The notes below the pieces were generated by a model. The model was not told the origin of the DNA. It saw nothing but the letters and a program-made list of their open reading frames with translations, and did no database searches. Position numbers and translations under genes: made by a program. Of a DNA stretch of 64,000 bases, positions 39,134-49,022 are shown in pieces (the stretch's first letter is position 1; every line of letters begins with the position of its first letter). Origin of the DNA: Candidatus Eiseniibacteriota bacterium (GTDB lineage Bacteria > Eisenbacteria > RBG-16-71-46 > CAVPCR01); assembly GCA_963823555.1 (NCBI GenBank), contig CAWGMA010000001.1, positions 480,001 to 544,000 on the forward strand. Direction: 5' to 3'.

Positions 39134-40261
39134 GTGGCAGGATTCACGGCGCATGGCCCCAGGCAACGACGACGAGCCGGGGGCTTGGTTGCCAATCTCT
39201 TTCTCCTTCTTGCGAGCATCCTCTTCACGCTCGTGGCTCTGGAGATGGCGCTGCGCCTCGTGGAGCGCCGCGAGACCGGACGCCCGCCGGCGGTGGCAGC
39301 GGACGCCGATGCGGATTCGGCCGCCCGGGATGTCACTCCCGAGTATGTGCCGTCCGACCTTCTGGGCTGGACGCTCCGCCCCGCGAGCGTGCAGCGTTTC
39401 CGGCGGCGGGGATTCGACACCACCGTCCGCTCGAATGATCTCGGCTTCCGCGGTCCCGTGGTGGAGCCCAAGGCTGCGGACGTGAAACGCTGGGCCGTGC
39501 TCGGCGATTCGTACGGCTTCGGCTGGGGGGTCGAGGAGAGCGAGACCTATGCCGCGGAGTTCGAACGCCTGCTGAATGCCGGTCCGGATCACGGGGTGCG
39601 CTACGAGGTCGTGAACGCGGCCTTGCCTGGATTCGGCACCTATCAGCGTCTGGCGGCGCTCGAATGTCTCCGGCCCTATGGGCTCGACGGCATCATCGTC
39701 GAATTCAGCGCCTCCAATGATGTGGTCGATGACTGGCGGGCTGCTCCCTACGTTCCCGATCGTCTCGGTGAGTACCAGGCGCGGGGGACGCAGTTCACGG
39801 CATTCGAGCGCTTCTTGAACGCACACAGCCGCTTGTTCACGCTGCTCTGGAATCGTGCCATGCCGCTCCGGTTGTGGCTCGAGGCCCGTTCCGGGAAGAA
39901 CCTCGAGCGAAGCGAGCGGTTGTGGGAGCAGATCCTCGCCCGTGCCGATGCGCTCGATCTCGACGTCCTGGTGGTGGTCAACGCCTCGCGCTACCAGGTG
40001 CTCGGGGATGGAGGCGGTGTGATGAGCTGGCTGGCACACACCGGCTTCGGCCTCAGGCCCAACACGATGATCCGCCGGGTCATCGAGCGCCATCGACTGC
40101 CATGGGTCGATGGAGAGCAGGTGTTTCGGGCGGCCCCGGCCGGCGATCTCTTCCTCGGCGGGGATGTGCACTGGACCAGGAAGGGCCACCGGCTCGTGGC
40201 CGAGGCCCTCGCAGACCGGATCGAGGAGGTCTCGCCGCCGCCGCCGGCCGGCGCGAACTAG
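39134..40261 (+). CDS. Membrane-anchored SGNH/GDSL hydrolase-family protein
   Basis: N-terminal TM helix (NLFLLLASILFTLVALEMALRL), N.LGFRG, LGDSYGFG, VVNAALPG, SND, DVHWT..GH. Confidence 0.8.
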   Translation: MAGFTAHGPRQRRRAGGLVANLFLLLASILFTLVALEMALRLVERRETGRPPAVAADADADSAARDVTPEYVPSDLLGWTLRPASVQRFRRRGFDTTVRSNDLGFRGPVVEPKAADVKRWAVLGDSYGFGWGVEESETYAAEFERLLNAGPDHGVRYEVVNAALPGFGTYQRLAALECLRPYGLDGIIVEFSASNDVVDDWRAAPYVPDRLGEYQARGTQFTAFERFLNAHSRLFTLLWNRAMPLRLWLEARSGKNLERSERLWEQILARADALDLDVLVVVNASRYQVLGDGGGVMSWLAHTGFGLRPNTMIRRVIERHRLPWVDGEQVFRAAPAGDLFLGGDVHWTRKGHRLVAEALADRIEEVSPPPPAGAN

Positions 40262-40353
40262 CCAAGGCGACCTGGACACCGCCCACCAGGCGGCGCCTGG
40301 CCCTATGGATTAATTTATTGTCTGGCAAGATTTTGTAGGCTTGGAGCAGAGTG

Positions 40354-40383
40354 TTGCCGGGGCCATGGCGGGTCTGCTAGCAT
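40354..40383 (+). promoter_or_regulatory. Putative promoter of the tRNA pair
   Basis: TTGCCG-18 nt-TAGCAT with extended TG; AT-rich tract at ~40305-40340 upstream. Confidence 0.45.
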
Positions 40384-40457
40384 CGTTCTTCGCCCGAGGG
40401 GTGCCGGGACGGCGCCCCGGCGCGTGGCTGGTCACGACGCTCGCTTTCATGACGCGT

Positions 40458-40531
40458 TGGGGAGTCGTCCAGTGGTAGGACACGTGGCTCTGGACCACGG
40501 TACCGGGGTTCGAATCCTCGCTCCCCAGCCA
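40458..40531 (+). tRNA. tRNA-Gln (anticodon CTG)
   Basis: Acceptor TGGGGAG/CTCCCCA, anticodon arm CGTGG-CTCTGGA-CCACG, T-loop GTTCGAATC, encoded CCA. Confidence 0.95.
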
Positions 40532-40599
40532 GATTTTGCTGCTCGGAGTCATGGACGCTTCGCGGCAGCGCGGATCATCGAGTCAGGTCCTGACGGAGT

Positions 40600-40674
40600 G
40601 GCGCTATCGTCTAGGGGTTAGGACGGATGGTTCTCAGCCATCAAACCGGGGTTCGAATCCCCGTAGCGCTACCA
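40600..40674 (+). tRNA. tRNA-Glu (anticodon CTC)
   Basis: Acceptor GGCGCTA/TAGCGCT, anticodon arm GATGG-TTCTCAG-CCATC, GTTCGAATC, encoded CCA. Confidence 0.95.
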
Positions 40675-40682
40675 GCCTGAGC

Positions 40683-40727
40683 GGAAGCCCTCGCCGCCAT
40701 CACCGCGCGGCGAGGGCTTCCCTCTTT
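40683..40727 (+). terminator. Intrinsic terminator after tRNA-Glu
   Basis: 15-bp stem GGAAGCCCTCGCCGC/GCGGCGAGGGCTTCC followed by CTCTTT. Confidence 0.7.
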
Positions 40728-40746
40728 CACCCTCGAGAGTCGGTTC

Positions 40747-41499
40747 ATGAAAGTCCTCGTACACGCCGTGACCGACCGCGGCCTCCGCCGGTCGCGCAAT
40801 GAAGACAGTCACGGCGTGTGGGTGCCGGAGGACCCAGCCGAGATCGAGCGCCGCGGCGTGTTCCTCGTCGTTGCCGATGGCATGGGCGGTGGTCGAGCCG
40901 GAGATGTGGCGAGCCGTCTCGCGGTCGAGACCACGATGCGCGCCATGCGCGAAGCGCCGGGCCTGGACTTGCTGGCCGAACTGAGCGCGGCCCTGGCCGC
41001 GGCGAACCGGGCGCTCTATGTCGAGAACGTGCGCGTGGCGGAGCCACCTGGCATGGGGACCACGCTGACCGCCGCTGTGGTGCGAGGTCCGGATATCTTC
41101 CTGGCTCACGTCGGCGATACGCGCGTCTATCTGCTCCGCGCCGCCCGCCTGACGCAGGTGACCGAGGACCACTCGCTCGTCGCCCATCTGGTTGCGGAGG
41201 GGGAGATCACGGCCGACGAGGCGCGCGTCGATCCCAGGCGCAACCTGCTCACGAGGAGCGTCGGCCTCACGCCCGAAGTCCGGGTGGACGCCGGGCACCT
41301 GAAATGGACGTTCATGCCGGGCGATGTCCTGATCCTCTCCACCGATGGGTTGCACGGTCTCGTGAGCAACGAGGAGATGGCCCGGGCGGTGGGGGCGGCC
41401 GCCTCTCTCGAAGAAGCCGGCGCCGCTCTCGTCGCGCTCGCGCTCGAGGCCGGAGGGATCGACAACATCACGGTGATCCTGGCTCGGGCCGAGGCCTAG
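40747..41499 (+). CDS. PP2C-family Ser/Thr protein phosphatase (Stp1/PrpC-like)
   Basis: TD.G..R..NED, VADGMGG, GMGTT, HVGDTR.Y, TEDHS, LSTDGL, GG.DNITV. Confidence 0.93.
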   Translation: MKVLVHAVTDRGLRRSRNEDSHGVWVPEDPAEIERRGVFLVVADGMGGGRAGDVASRLAVETTMRAMREAPGLDLLAELSAALAAANRALYVENVRVAEPPGMGTTLTAAVVRGPDIFLAHVGDTRVYLLRAARLTQVTEDHSLVAHLVAEGEITADEARVDPRRNLLTRSVGLTPEVRVDAGHLKWTFMPGDVLILSTDGLHGLVSNEEMARAVGAAASLEEAGAALVALALEAGGIDNITVILARAEA

Positions 41500-41536
41500 G
41501 CCGCGCCGGTCATGTCCTGACCGGAGCTCCTTCCGG

Positions 41537-42370
41537 TCAGGTGCCCTGGGCCTTCTGCCGCCAGCGCAGGTAGATCATCCCGACGACGATCGTGCCCAGG
41601 AGATAGGCGATCACGAGGGCGAGCGTGCGCCGACTGGGAGATCCCGCCGCCACGAGCAAGGCCAGCCCGATGTGGCGTGTCGTGCAGGACACGGCGAGCG
41701 AGGTGCGGTGGGAGGGGTCGGGACCGCCGAGGAGGTGGCCGACGACGATCGCCATCAAGGCAAATGCCGCGAAGCCGAGGAACGACGGCCATCCCAGGGC
41801 GAGGACGTCCTTCCTCAGGGCCACGAGCAGCACGATCGCGCACAGGCCAAGGGCGATGGTTGCCAGCTTGAGCAGCAGATCGTCGATCCTGGTGGCGATT
41901 CCAGGCAGGACGGCGCGGATGAGAATGCCCGCACCGATCGGCAGAAGGAAAGAACTGAAGAGGAGCGCGGCGACTTCTCTTGGCAGCACGATGTCCTCGC
42001 TGCCGATCCAGGTCCGGATGACGGTCAGCCAGGCGGGAACGGCCACGATCGCCAGGAGCGAGGTGGCCACGACCAGGCTGATCACGTAGTGCGGGTCGCC
42101 GCCGAATTTGAGGAGCTTGCGCGGAAGCAAAGGTGCCCCGGCGCAGATAGCGAGGACCAGGATCGCGATCTCCGTTCCCCGCGGCAGATCGAGTATCTCG
42201 ACCATCCCGATCGCGACCAAGGGAACCGCGACGTACATCGCCAGGAGCGATCTCACGAGCAGGCCGGGGCGCTTCCACAGCCAGGCCACATCCTCCAGCC
42301 TGGCCTTGAGCCCGGTGGCGAGGACGAGCACCGCGACCGATGCCTTCAAGACCAGGGCGAGCATCTGCAT
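41537..42370 (-). CDS. Bile acid:sodium symporter-family (BASS-like) membrane protein
   Basis: Multiple TM helices; RPGLL.RSLLAM...VP, ICAGAPLLP, LGGP...R..LAV....RHIGLAL. Confidence 0.7.
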   Translation of the reverse strand: MQMLALVLKASVAVLVLATGLKARLEDVAWLWKRPGLLVRSLLAMYVAVPLVAIGMVEILDLPRGTEIAILVLAICAGAPLLPRKLLKFGGDPHYVISLVVATSLLAIVAVPAWLTVIRTWIGSEDIVLPREVAALLFSSFLLPIGAGILIRAVLPGIATRIDDLLLKLATIALGLCAIVLLVALRKDVLALGWPSFLGFAAFALMAIVVGHLLGGPDPSHRTSLAVSCTTRHIGLALLVAAGSPSRRTLALVIAYLLGTIVVGMIYLRWRQKAQGT

Positions 42371-42433
42371 GGTGCGGGAGGGTAGCACCACGGGGTCAGG
42401 GAGGGTAGATGAGATGCCCTGCCCGGCTGGAGC

Positions 42434-42880
42434 CTAGCCCTCGGTTCCGGTTCCGGCCCGGCGGAGGGCGCGCAGGAGTTCGTCCGGCTCGTCGGTGCCG
42501 ATGCGGAAGGTCCGGCCGTTCTTGAACTCGAGTTCGACCGCGTCGCGTCCGGAGACGTTGTAGAGCCAGCCCGATCCAGCCCAGCGGACGCCGTAACCCG
42601 TGAACCAGGAGTTCTTGACCGCCCGGGCCCTCGCGATCTGATCCAGCGGAATCGTCCGGCGCGGCAGACCGAGGCCGAAATGCACCTCGATGGTGCCGTC
42701 ACCGATACGGACCGTGAGGGTGGTGAAGAGGATCACGCAGGCGGCGACCGCGAGGAGGACGCCGACGACGCCAGCCGGCCAGCCTTCCCGCGCTCCGACC
42801 CAGATGAGAGCGGCGAAGGCCACGGCGAATGTGATGACCATCACCTTACCGACCTGCGTGTGGTGATAGTTCTCACTCAT
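42434..42880 (-). CDS. Small membrane protein with two TM helices and a PH-like C-terminal domain
   Basis: Start MSENYHHTQ after GGAGGA; G.G.R....GWLYNVSG..AVEL, FRIGTDEP. Confidence 0.75.
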   Translation of the reverse strand: MSENYHHTQVGKVMVITFAVAFAALIWVGAREGWPAGVVGVLLAVAACVILFTTLTVRIGDGTIEVHFGLGLPRRTIPLDQIARARAVKNSWFTGYGVRWAGSGWLYNVSGRDAVELEFKNGRTFRIGTDEPDELLRALRRAGTGTEG

Positions 42881-42945
42881 GACAGTTCCTCCGCCGGCAA
42901 GCATATCATTGCTCAGCCCCGCGAGCACCGAGACTGGGGCTTCGA

Positions 42946-42954
42946 TGCTATATT
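42946..42954 (+). promoter_or_regulatory. Extended -10 element just upstream of the fusion gene start (possible leaderless promoter)
   Basis: TGCTATATT ends 8 nt before the ATG at 42963; no SD sequence in between. Confidence 0.4.
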
Positions 42955-42962
42955 CGGCCGCC

Positions 42963-44888
42963 ATGAACCGACGCCGTATCGAGCAGCTCCTGGTTCCGGC
43001 CCGCGCCCGAGTCGAGCGTGTCCTCGGCGGGGGGGCATCCCGCCTTGTCGTTGTCGACGTCGCGGCGCAGCGTCTCCATCTGGTCGAGGGCGATGGTGTC
43101 GTCCTCGATCTGCCCGTCTCCACCGCGGCCGCCGGGGTCGGCGGGGCCGAGGGCTCGCACAAGACGCCGCCCGGTGTGCACACGATCGCCGCGCGCATCG
43201 GCGAAGGCCAGCCGCTCGGTGCCATCTTCGAGAGCCGTGAACCGACCGGGACCCTGTGGCGAGGGGAACCGACCGACGAGGACTTGATCCTGACCCGGGT
43301 CCTCACCCTGGATGGCAGGGAAGACGGAGTGAACCGCGGCCCGGGTCGGGACTCGCTCGCACGATACATCTACATCCACGGCACCAGCCACGAGCACGAG
43401 CTCGGTCGACCGGCTTCCCATGGCTGCATTCGCCTCGCCAACCACGAGATAGTGAGCCTCTTTGACCGCGTCCGGGAGGGCGATCCGGTGGTGGTCCTCG
43501 ACGGTCCGTCGACGCTTCCCGATCCACGAGAGAGTCGCTTCCATTACGCCGGGGTTGCCGGAAGCGGAATGAGCGCGCTCGCCCAGTTCCAGGGCATGCT
43601 CGGCGGGCGGGCCACAGGGAGCGATCGTGCTCTCGACCGCGGCGGAGTGCCGGCCATCCGCGCGGCCCTCGAGCGGGCTGAGGTGGCCATCGTGCCCCAG
43701 GACGGGAGCGGCATCCTCCCGGATACCGACGCCCTCATCGTCTCGACCGCGGTCGAGGACACGGTGCCCGACGTGCGGGCGGCGCGGGCGGCCGGCGTGC
43801 CCATCTTCCATCGCTCGGAGCTCCTGGCCGCGCTCATCGCATCGCGACGCACGATCGCCGTTGCCGGCACCAGCGGCAAGTCGACGGTGGTGGCGATGAT
43901 CTTCGAGCTCCTGCGCGGCGCCGGACGCGACCCATCCCTGGTGACGGGGGGCGATCTCCTGGTCCTGGGCGATGAGGGTTACCTGGGAAATGCCTGGGTC
44001 GGAGGTTCCGATCTCCTCGTGGTCGAGGCCGATGAGAGCGATGGCTCTCTGGTCCGCTACGAGCCGGCGACGGGAGTCGTCCTCAACCTCCAGAAGGACC
44101 ACAAGGAAGAACGCGAGGTGCGCGCGATGTTCGAGACCTTCCGTGCCCGCTGCCGCGAGTCGTTCGTCGTCGGCGAGGGCGAGAACCTGGCGCCGATGCG
44201 CGCCGGAGCGCTCGTCTTCGGCTGCGGCGAGGCTGCGACCCTGCGGGGCGAGGAGATCGAGCTGGGTGCTGAGGGGAGCGCGTTCACGGTCGAGGGCGTA
44301 CGCTACCGGCTCCCGGTCCCGGGCCGGCACAATGTCGAGAATGCGCTCGCCGCGCTTGCCGCGTGTCGCGCCGCGGGCCTCGAGATCTCGGATCTCGCCG
44401 GCCCGCTCGCGCGTTTCAGGGGCGTGGGACGCCGTTTCCAGGTGCTCGGCGTGGCCGGCGAGGTCACCGTCGTCGATGACTTCGCGCACAATCCCGCCAA
44501 GATCCGGGCGGCGCTCGCGACCGCGCGTCTGCGGGAGCCCGGGCGCATCCTCGCCGTCTATCAGCCCCACGGTTTCGGTCCGACGCGGTTCCTCGAGCAG
44601 GATCTCATTCAGGCCTTCGCCGAGTCGCTCGAGCCGCGTGATCACCTCTGGCTCCTCGACATCTTCTATGCGGGCGGCACGGCGACCAGGGACATGAGCT
44701 CCGCCGACCTCGCCGCCGGCATCGCCGCCCGCGGCATCGCCGCCATGGTGGCCCCTGATCGCCAGGCGCTCGTCGCGAGCATCGCTGAGGCCGCCGCACC
44801 GGGAGATCTCGTGCTCGTCATGGGGGCGCGGGATCCCTCGCTCACCGAGCTCTGCCAGGACATCCTCCTTGCCCTGGCCGCGGCCTAG
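42963..44888 (+). CDS. Fusion of an L,D-transpeptidase/carboxypeptidase (YkuD, ElsL-like) domain and a MurC/Mpl-like Mur ligase
   Basis: N-terminal TPPG.H.I..RIG, RYIYIHGT...ASHGCIRL. C-terminal GVAGSGMSALA, AGTSGKST, VEADESD, HNVENA, DDFAHNP, YQPH. Confidence 0.88.
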   Translation: MNRRRIEQLLVPARARVERVLGGGASRLVVVDVAAQRLHLVEGDGVVLDLPVSTAAAGVGGAEGSHKTPPGVHTIAARIGEGQPLGAIFESREPTGTLWRGEPTDEDLILTRVLTLDGREDGVNRGPGRDSLARYIYIHGTSHEHELGRPASHGCIRLANHEIVSLFDRVREGDPVVVLDGPSTLPDPRESRFHYAGVAGSGMSALAQFQGMLGGRATGSDRALDRGGVPAIRAALERAEVAIVPQDGSGILPDTDALIVSTAVEDTVPDVRAARAAGVPIFHRSELLAALIASRRTIAVAGTSGKSTVVAMIFELLRGAGRDPSLVTGGDLLVLGDEGYLGNAWVGGSDLLVVEADESDGSLVRYEPATGVVLNLQKDHKEEREVRAMFETFRARCRESFVVGEGENLAPMRAGALVFGCGEAATLRGEEIELGAEGSAFTVEGVRYRLPVPGRHNVENALAALAACRAAGLEISDLAGPLARFRGVGRRFQVLGVAGEVTVVDDFAHNPAKIRAALATARLREPGRILAVYQPHGFGPTRFLEQDLIQAFAESLEPRDHLWLLDIFYAGGTATRDMSSADLAAGIAARGIAAMVAPDRQALVASIAEAAAPGDLVLVMGARDPSLTELCQDILLALAAA

Positions 44889-45899
44889 CTAGACGTAGGG
44901 GCAGGCGACGAAATGCTCAGCGCCGCGATCGACGAGCGGTGGCACGGTGTCGGCGCAGTCGGGGCGCGCGATCGGGCAGCGCGTGCGGAAGGCGCATCCG
45001 GAAGGCTTCGCCAGGGGATTCGGGACCTCGCCCGTCAGGCGAATGCGGCGGCCGCGCCCGCCGGAGCGCGGCACCGGTTGCGGTACGGCGGACAGCAGTG
45101 CCACCGTGTAAGGGTGAAGCGGGCGGCGGATGACTTCGTCGGCTTCACCGAGCTCGATCACGTTCCCCAGGTACATGACGGCGATGCGGTCGGCGATGTG
45201 ATGCACGACGTTCAGATCGTGGGCCACGAAGAGGTAGGAGAGGCCGAACTCCTCGCGCAGCTCGGCGAGAAGATTCAGGACCTGGGCCTGGATCGAGACG
45301 TCGAGCGCGGAGACGGGCTCGTCGGCGGCGATCAGCCGGGGATGGGTGGCGAGGGCGCGAGCGATACCGATCCGCTGGCGCTGCCCGCCCGAGAACTCGT
45401 GCGGGTAGCGGTTGATGTGATCGGGTTGCAGACCGCAGCGGGCAAGGAGCTCGCGTACCCGCTCCTCGCGCTCCGCCCGGCCTAGCTTCGTGTGCAGGCG
45501 CAGCGGCCCGTCCACGATCTCGCGCACGGTGAGGCGCGGATTGAGCGAGGAGAAGGGGTCCTGGAAGATCATCGAGATCTCGGCCCGGTAGGGCCGCATG
45601 GCCTTGGCCCCCAGCGTGAGCAGGTCCACCACACCGCTCTCCGCCAGGTAGCTGATCGTGCCGGAGAGGTGGATCCCGGGCACCATGGCCCGGAGCAGGT
45701 TGACGATCGCGCGGGCCACCGTCGTCTTGCCGCAACCCGATTCGCCCACGAGGCCGAGCGTCTCGCCCGGAGCCAGGGCGAAGGAGACGCCGTCGACCGC
45801 ATTCACGGCCCCCACCTTGCGGCGCAGGAGCCCGCCATAGATGGGGAATGAAACGCGGAGATCCTCGACCGCGAGCAGGGGTGTCACCGGCGTGATCAT
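44889..45899 (-). CDS. oppF: Oligopeptide ABC transporter ATP-binding protein
   Basis: [48 protein letters not shown] overlap with the upstream ATPase. Confidence 0.92.
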   Translation of the reverse strand: MITPVTPLLAVEDLRVSFPIYGGLLRRKVGAVNAVDGVSFALAPGETLGLVGESGCGKTTVARAIVNLLRAMVPGIHLSGTISYLAESGVVDLLTLGAKAMRPYRAEISMIFQDPFSSLNPRLTVREIVDGPLRLHTKLGRAEREERVRELLARCGLQPDHINRYPHEFSGGQRQRIGIARALATHPRLIAADEPVSALDVSIQAQVLNLLAELREEFGLSYLFVAHDLNVVHHIADRIAVMYLGNVIELGEADEVIRRPLHPYTVALLSAVPQPVPRSGGRGRRIRLTGEVPNPLAKPSGCAFRTRCPIARPDCADTVPPLVDRGAEHFVACPYV

Positions 45900-46897
45900 C
45901 GTCCGCTGTCCTCGACCAGATGACATCGCGCCCAGTGCCCGGGTCCGACTTCGAGGAGCTCTGGCTCCTCGGTCTCGCAGCGGGCGAAGACCTCGTCGCA
46001 GCGTGTCCAGAACTTGCAGCCTCGCGGCAGCTCGAGGATCCCTGGCACGATGCCCGGGATCGGATTGAGCCTTCCGCCCTTCGTATCAAGACGTGGCAGG
46101 GAGCGCATCAGGCCGCGCGTGTAGGGATGGGCTGGATGCTCGAAGATGGCCTCCACCGGGCCCATCTCCTGCACCTTGCCGCCGTACATCACGATCACGC
46201 GCTCGCAGGTCTCGGCGACCACGGCGAGGTCGTGCGTGATGAGGAGGAGCGCTGATTCGGGTCGCGCAGCCTTGAGCTCGAGCATCAGGTCGAGGATCTG
46301 GGCCTGGATGGTGACGTCGAGGGCGGTGGTCGGCTCGTCGGCGATGAGCAGCAGCGGGTTGGAGGCGAGCGCCATCGCGATCATGACGCGCTGCCGCATG
46401 CCGCCCGAGAACTGGTGCGGGTAGTCGCGCATGCGCGAGCGCGCCGCCGGGATGCCGACCCGCTCGAGGGCCGTGACCGCGCGCTCGAAGGCTTCAGCCT
46501 CGCTCATCCCCTCGTGCTCGCGCAGCGTCTCCATGACCTGCATCCCGATCGTGAACACGGGATTGAGCGAGGTCATCGGCTCCTGGAAGATCATCGAGAT
46601 CTGCTTGCCGCGGACCTCGCGCATGGCGGTGGTATCGAAGGTGAGGAGATCGCGATCCTTGAACCAGATCTCCCCGCTCGCGATGCGTCCGGGCGGGCTG
46701 GGGATGAGCCGCAGCATCGATAGCGCGGTCACCGACTTCCCCGAGCCCGATTCGCCGACGATCCCGAGAACCTCGCCGGTCATGATGTCGAAGCTCACGC
46801 CGTCGACGGCCGGAGCCTCGCGCCCGTCGAGGTCGAAGACCGTGCGCAGATTCCTCACCGAGATGAGTGGAGTGCCCATGACGCCGCTCGTCGTCAT
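45896..46897 (-). CDS. oppD: Oligopeptide ABC transporter ATP-binding protein
   Basis: [39 protein letters not shown]. Confidence 0.92.
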   Translation of the reverse strand: MTTSGVMGTPLISVRNLRTVFDLDGREAPAVDGVSFDIMTGEVLGIVGESGSGKSVTALSMLRLIPSPPGRIASGEIWFKDRDLLTFDTTAMREVRGKQISMIFQEPMTSLNPVFTIGMQVMETLREHEGMSEAEAFERAVTALERVGIPAARSRMRDYPHQFSGGMRQRVMIAMALASNPLLLIADEPTTALDVTIQAQILDLMLELKAARPESALLLITHDLAVVAETCERVIVMYGGKVQEMGPVEAIFEHPAHPYTRGLMRSLPRLDTKGGRLNPIPGIVPGILELPRGCKFWTRCDEVFARCETEEPELLEVGPGHWARCHLVEDSGR

Positions 46898-48001
46898 CTA
46901 GCGCAACCTCGAGAAGGCGCGCGGGTCGAACGCCTCGCGCACGGCCTCACCGATGAAGACCACCATGATCAGGGTCCCGAACAGGGCGCCGAGGGGGAAG
47001 ATGACCAGGTGCCAGGCGGTGATGTGGGCGAGCCCCTGCCCGACCATCTCGCCCCAGCTGGGTGTCGGGGCCGGGAGCCCGAAGCCCAGGAAGTCGAGGG
47101 CGACGAGCGCCGAGATGTAGCCGACGATGGCGAAGGGAGCGAAGGAGATCACAGGCGTCAGCGCGTTGGGAAGAATGTGGCGGAACATGACGGCCCGCTG
47201 GTTCTCGCCTTGAACGATCGCAGCTGCCACGTAGTCCTTGGCCTTCTCCCGGTAGAACTCGCCGCGGATGTAGAAGGACATGCCGACCCAGCCGAAGAGC
47301 GAGAGCAGCACCGCCAGGAGTGCGATATTCGGTCGCACCAGTGAGCTCACGATGATCATCGTGTAGAGGAACGGGAGGGCGGCCCAGATCTCGACCAGGC
47401 GCTGGCCGAGCACGTCGACCCGGCCCCCGAAGAATCCGAGGATCGAGCCGACCGTGATGCCGAACGAGTAGGCGAGGACAACGACGGCCAGCGCGAAGGT
47501 GATCGAGATGCGGAAGCCGTAGGAGAGGCGGGCAAAGACATCACGCCCGCGGTCATCCGTCCCGAGCCAGTGCCGGTGGCTCGGGGCGTGGGGTGGCTCA
47601 CCCTGGAGATCGGGTTCGAGGAGGAGCGATTCGTTGGGATGGAAGGGGTAGGGCGGCATGATCACCCAGTCCCCTTGCCCTTCGCGGCGGTACTTCGCGG
47701 CGAGGTCGCGGTAGCGGGCCTCGCCCAGTCCCGCCTGGCCGAAGGTCGACGCATCGTAGTACTTGAAGGTGGGGAAGTAGAGCTTGCCCGCGTGACGAAC
47801 CATGATGGCGCGGTTGTTGATCAGGAACGGATTCAAGAAGCTCAGGAGGTAGAGACTGGCGATGATGAGGAACGAGTAATAGCCGCGCTTCAAGTGTCGG
47901 AAACGCCGGAGCCGCCGGCGAAACACCGACTCGGAGCGTGGAGCCGCGGCGGGCGCGGTCGTGCTCTCAGCTGAAGCGGATGCGTGGGTCGATGAGGACA
48001 T
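46898..48001 (-). CDS. Peptide ABC transporter permease (YejE/OppC-like)
   Basis: RRFR..KRGYYS, HWLGTDDRGRDV, FRHILPNALTP, LDFLGFGLP...PSWG. Start uncertain (48001 or 48010). Confidence 0.9.
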   Translation of the reverse strand: MSSSTHASASAESTTAPAAAPRSESVFRRRLRRFRHLKRGYYSFLIIASLYLLSFLNPFLINNRAIMVRHAGKLYFPTFKYYDASTFGQAGLGEARYRDLAAKYRREGQGDWVIMPPYPFHPNESLLLEPDLQGEPPHAPSHRHWLGTDDRGRDVFARLSYGFRISITFALAVVVLAYSFGITVGSILGFFGGRVDVLGQRLVEIWAALPFLYTMIIVSSLVRPNIALLAVLLSLFGWVGMSFYIRGEFYREKAKDYVAAAIVQGENQRAVMFRHILPNALTPVISFAPFAIVGYISALVALDFLGFGLPAPTPSWGEMVGQGLAHITAWHLVIFPLGALFGTLIMVVFIGEAVREAFDPRAFSRLR

Positions 48002-49007
48002 AGAAGACATCCGAGATGATGTTCCCGGTCAGGGTCAGGAAGGTGTTGATGACCAGGATGCCCATCACCACCGCATAGTCGCGCTCGACCACCGCATCGA
48101 AACCCAGGTAGCCGATGCCGTTGATGTTGAACACTTTCTCGATCAGGTACGAGCCGGCCATGACCAGCGAGATGGCGTGGCCGAGGCCGGTGGCGATCGG
48201 GATCAAGGAGTTGCGCATGGCGTGCAGGAAGACGACCCGCTGCTCGCTCAGCCCCTTGGCGAAGGCGGTGCGCACGTAGTCCTGGCCCAGGTTCTCGAGC
48301 AGCGAGTTCTTCATGAGCACGGTGAGGGTGGCGAAGCTCCCCACCATGTAGCAAAGAACCGGCAGGAAGGTGTGGTGCAGCTGATCGGTGATCTTGCCGA
48401 TGAGGTTCATCTCGCTCCAGCCCTCGGAGCGGAAGCCTCCGAGCGGAAACACGTCGAAGAAGCTGCCGCCGCCGAAGAGCACGAGGAGCACGGCCCCGAG
48501 TGCCCATCCTGGAATCGAGTAGCCGATGAAGACGATCGCACTCGTCACGAAATCGAAGCGCGAACCGTGGCGCAGCGCCTTCAGGACTCCGAGTGGGACG
48601 CATACCAGGTAGGACAGCGTGAAGCCGATGAGCCCGAAGTAGATCGAGACCGGAAAGCGGGAGCGGATCACGTCCCATACCGGTTCGTTGTACTTGTACG
48701 ACTTCCCCAGATTGAGATGGAGCAGGTCGTTGAGCCAGAGCATGTAGCGGACCGGGATCGGCTTGTCGAAGCGGAACTGCTTCTTGAGCTCGGCGATGGC
48801 TTCAGCCGGCATCTCGACCGATGCCATTCCAGGGCCGGCCCCGCCGCCCGCGGCGCCCCCTTCGCCGGCAGCTGCCATCTTCATCTTCATGATCGCCTGC
48901 TCGATCGGCCCGCCGGGCACGAATTGCATGATCATGAAAACGAGAATGGTGATCCCAAGGAAGGTCGGGATCATGAGCAGGAGGCGGCGGAGGAAGTAGG
49001 TTCCCAT
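47967..49007 (-). CDS. Peptide ABC transporter permease (YejB/OppB-like)
   Basis: YFLRRLLLMIPT, QFVPGGP, DYVRTAFAKGL, HAMRNSLIP, IDPRI. Confidence 0.92.
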   Translation of the reverse strand: MGTYFLRRLLLMIPTFLGITILVFMIMQFVPGGPIEQAIMKMKMAAAGEGGAAGGGAGPGMASVEMPAEAIAELKKQFRFDKPIPVRYMLWLNDLLHLNLGKSYKYNEPVWDVIRSRFPVSIYFGLIGFTLSYLVCVPLGVLKALRHGSRFDFVTSAIVFIGYSIPGWALGAVLLVLFGGGSFFDVFPLGGFRSEGWSEMNLIGKITDQLHHTFLPVLCYMVGSFATLTVLMKNSLLENLGQDYVRTAFAKGLSEQRVVFLHAMRNSLIPIATGLGHAISLVMAGSYLIEKVFNINGIGYLGFDAVVERDYAVVMGILVINTFLTLTGNIISDVFYVLIDPRIRFS

Positions 49008-49022
49008 CTTCGATCGCCGGTT

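Noticed and set aside
40458..42880. Genomic island integrated at the tRNA genes
   Set aside because: No integrase, no duplicated tRNA 3' end seen, and no evident compositional shift.
42881..43369. 311-aa version of the small membrane protein
   Set aside because: The extension overlaps the YkuD domain on the other strand; a good RBS supports the start at 42880.
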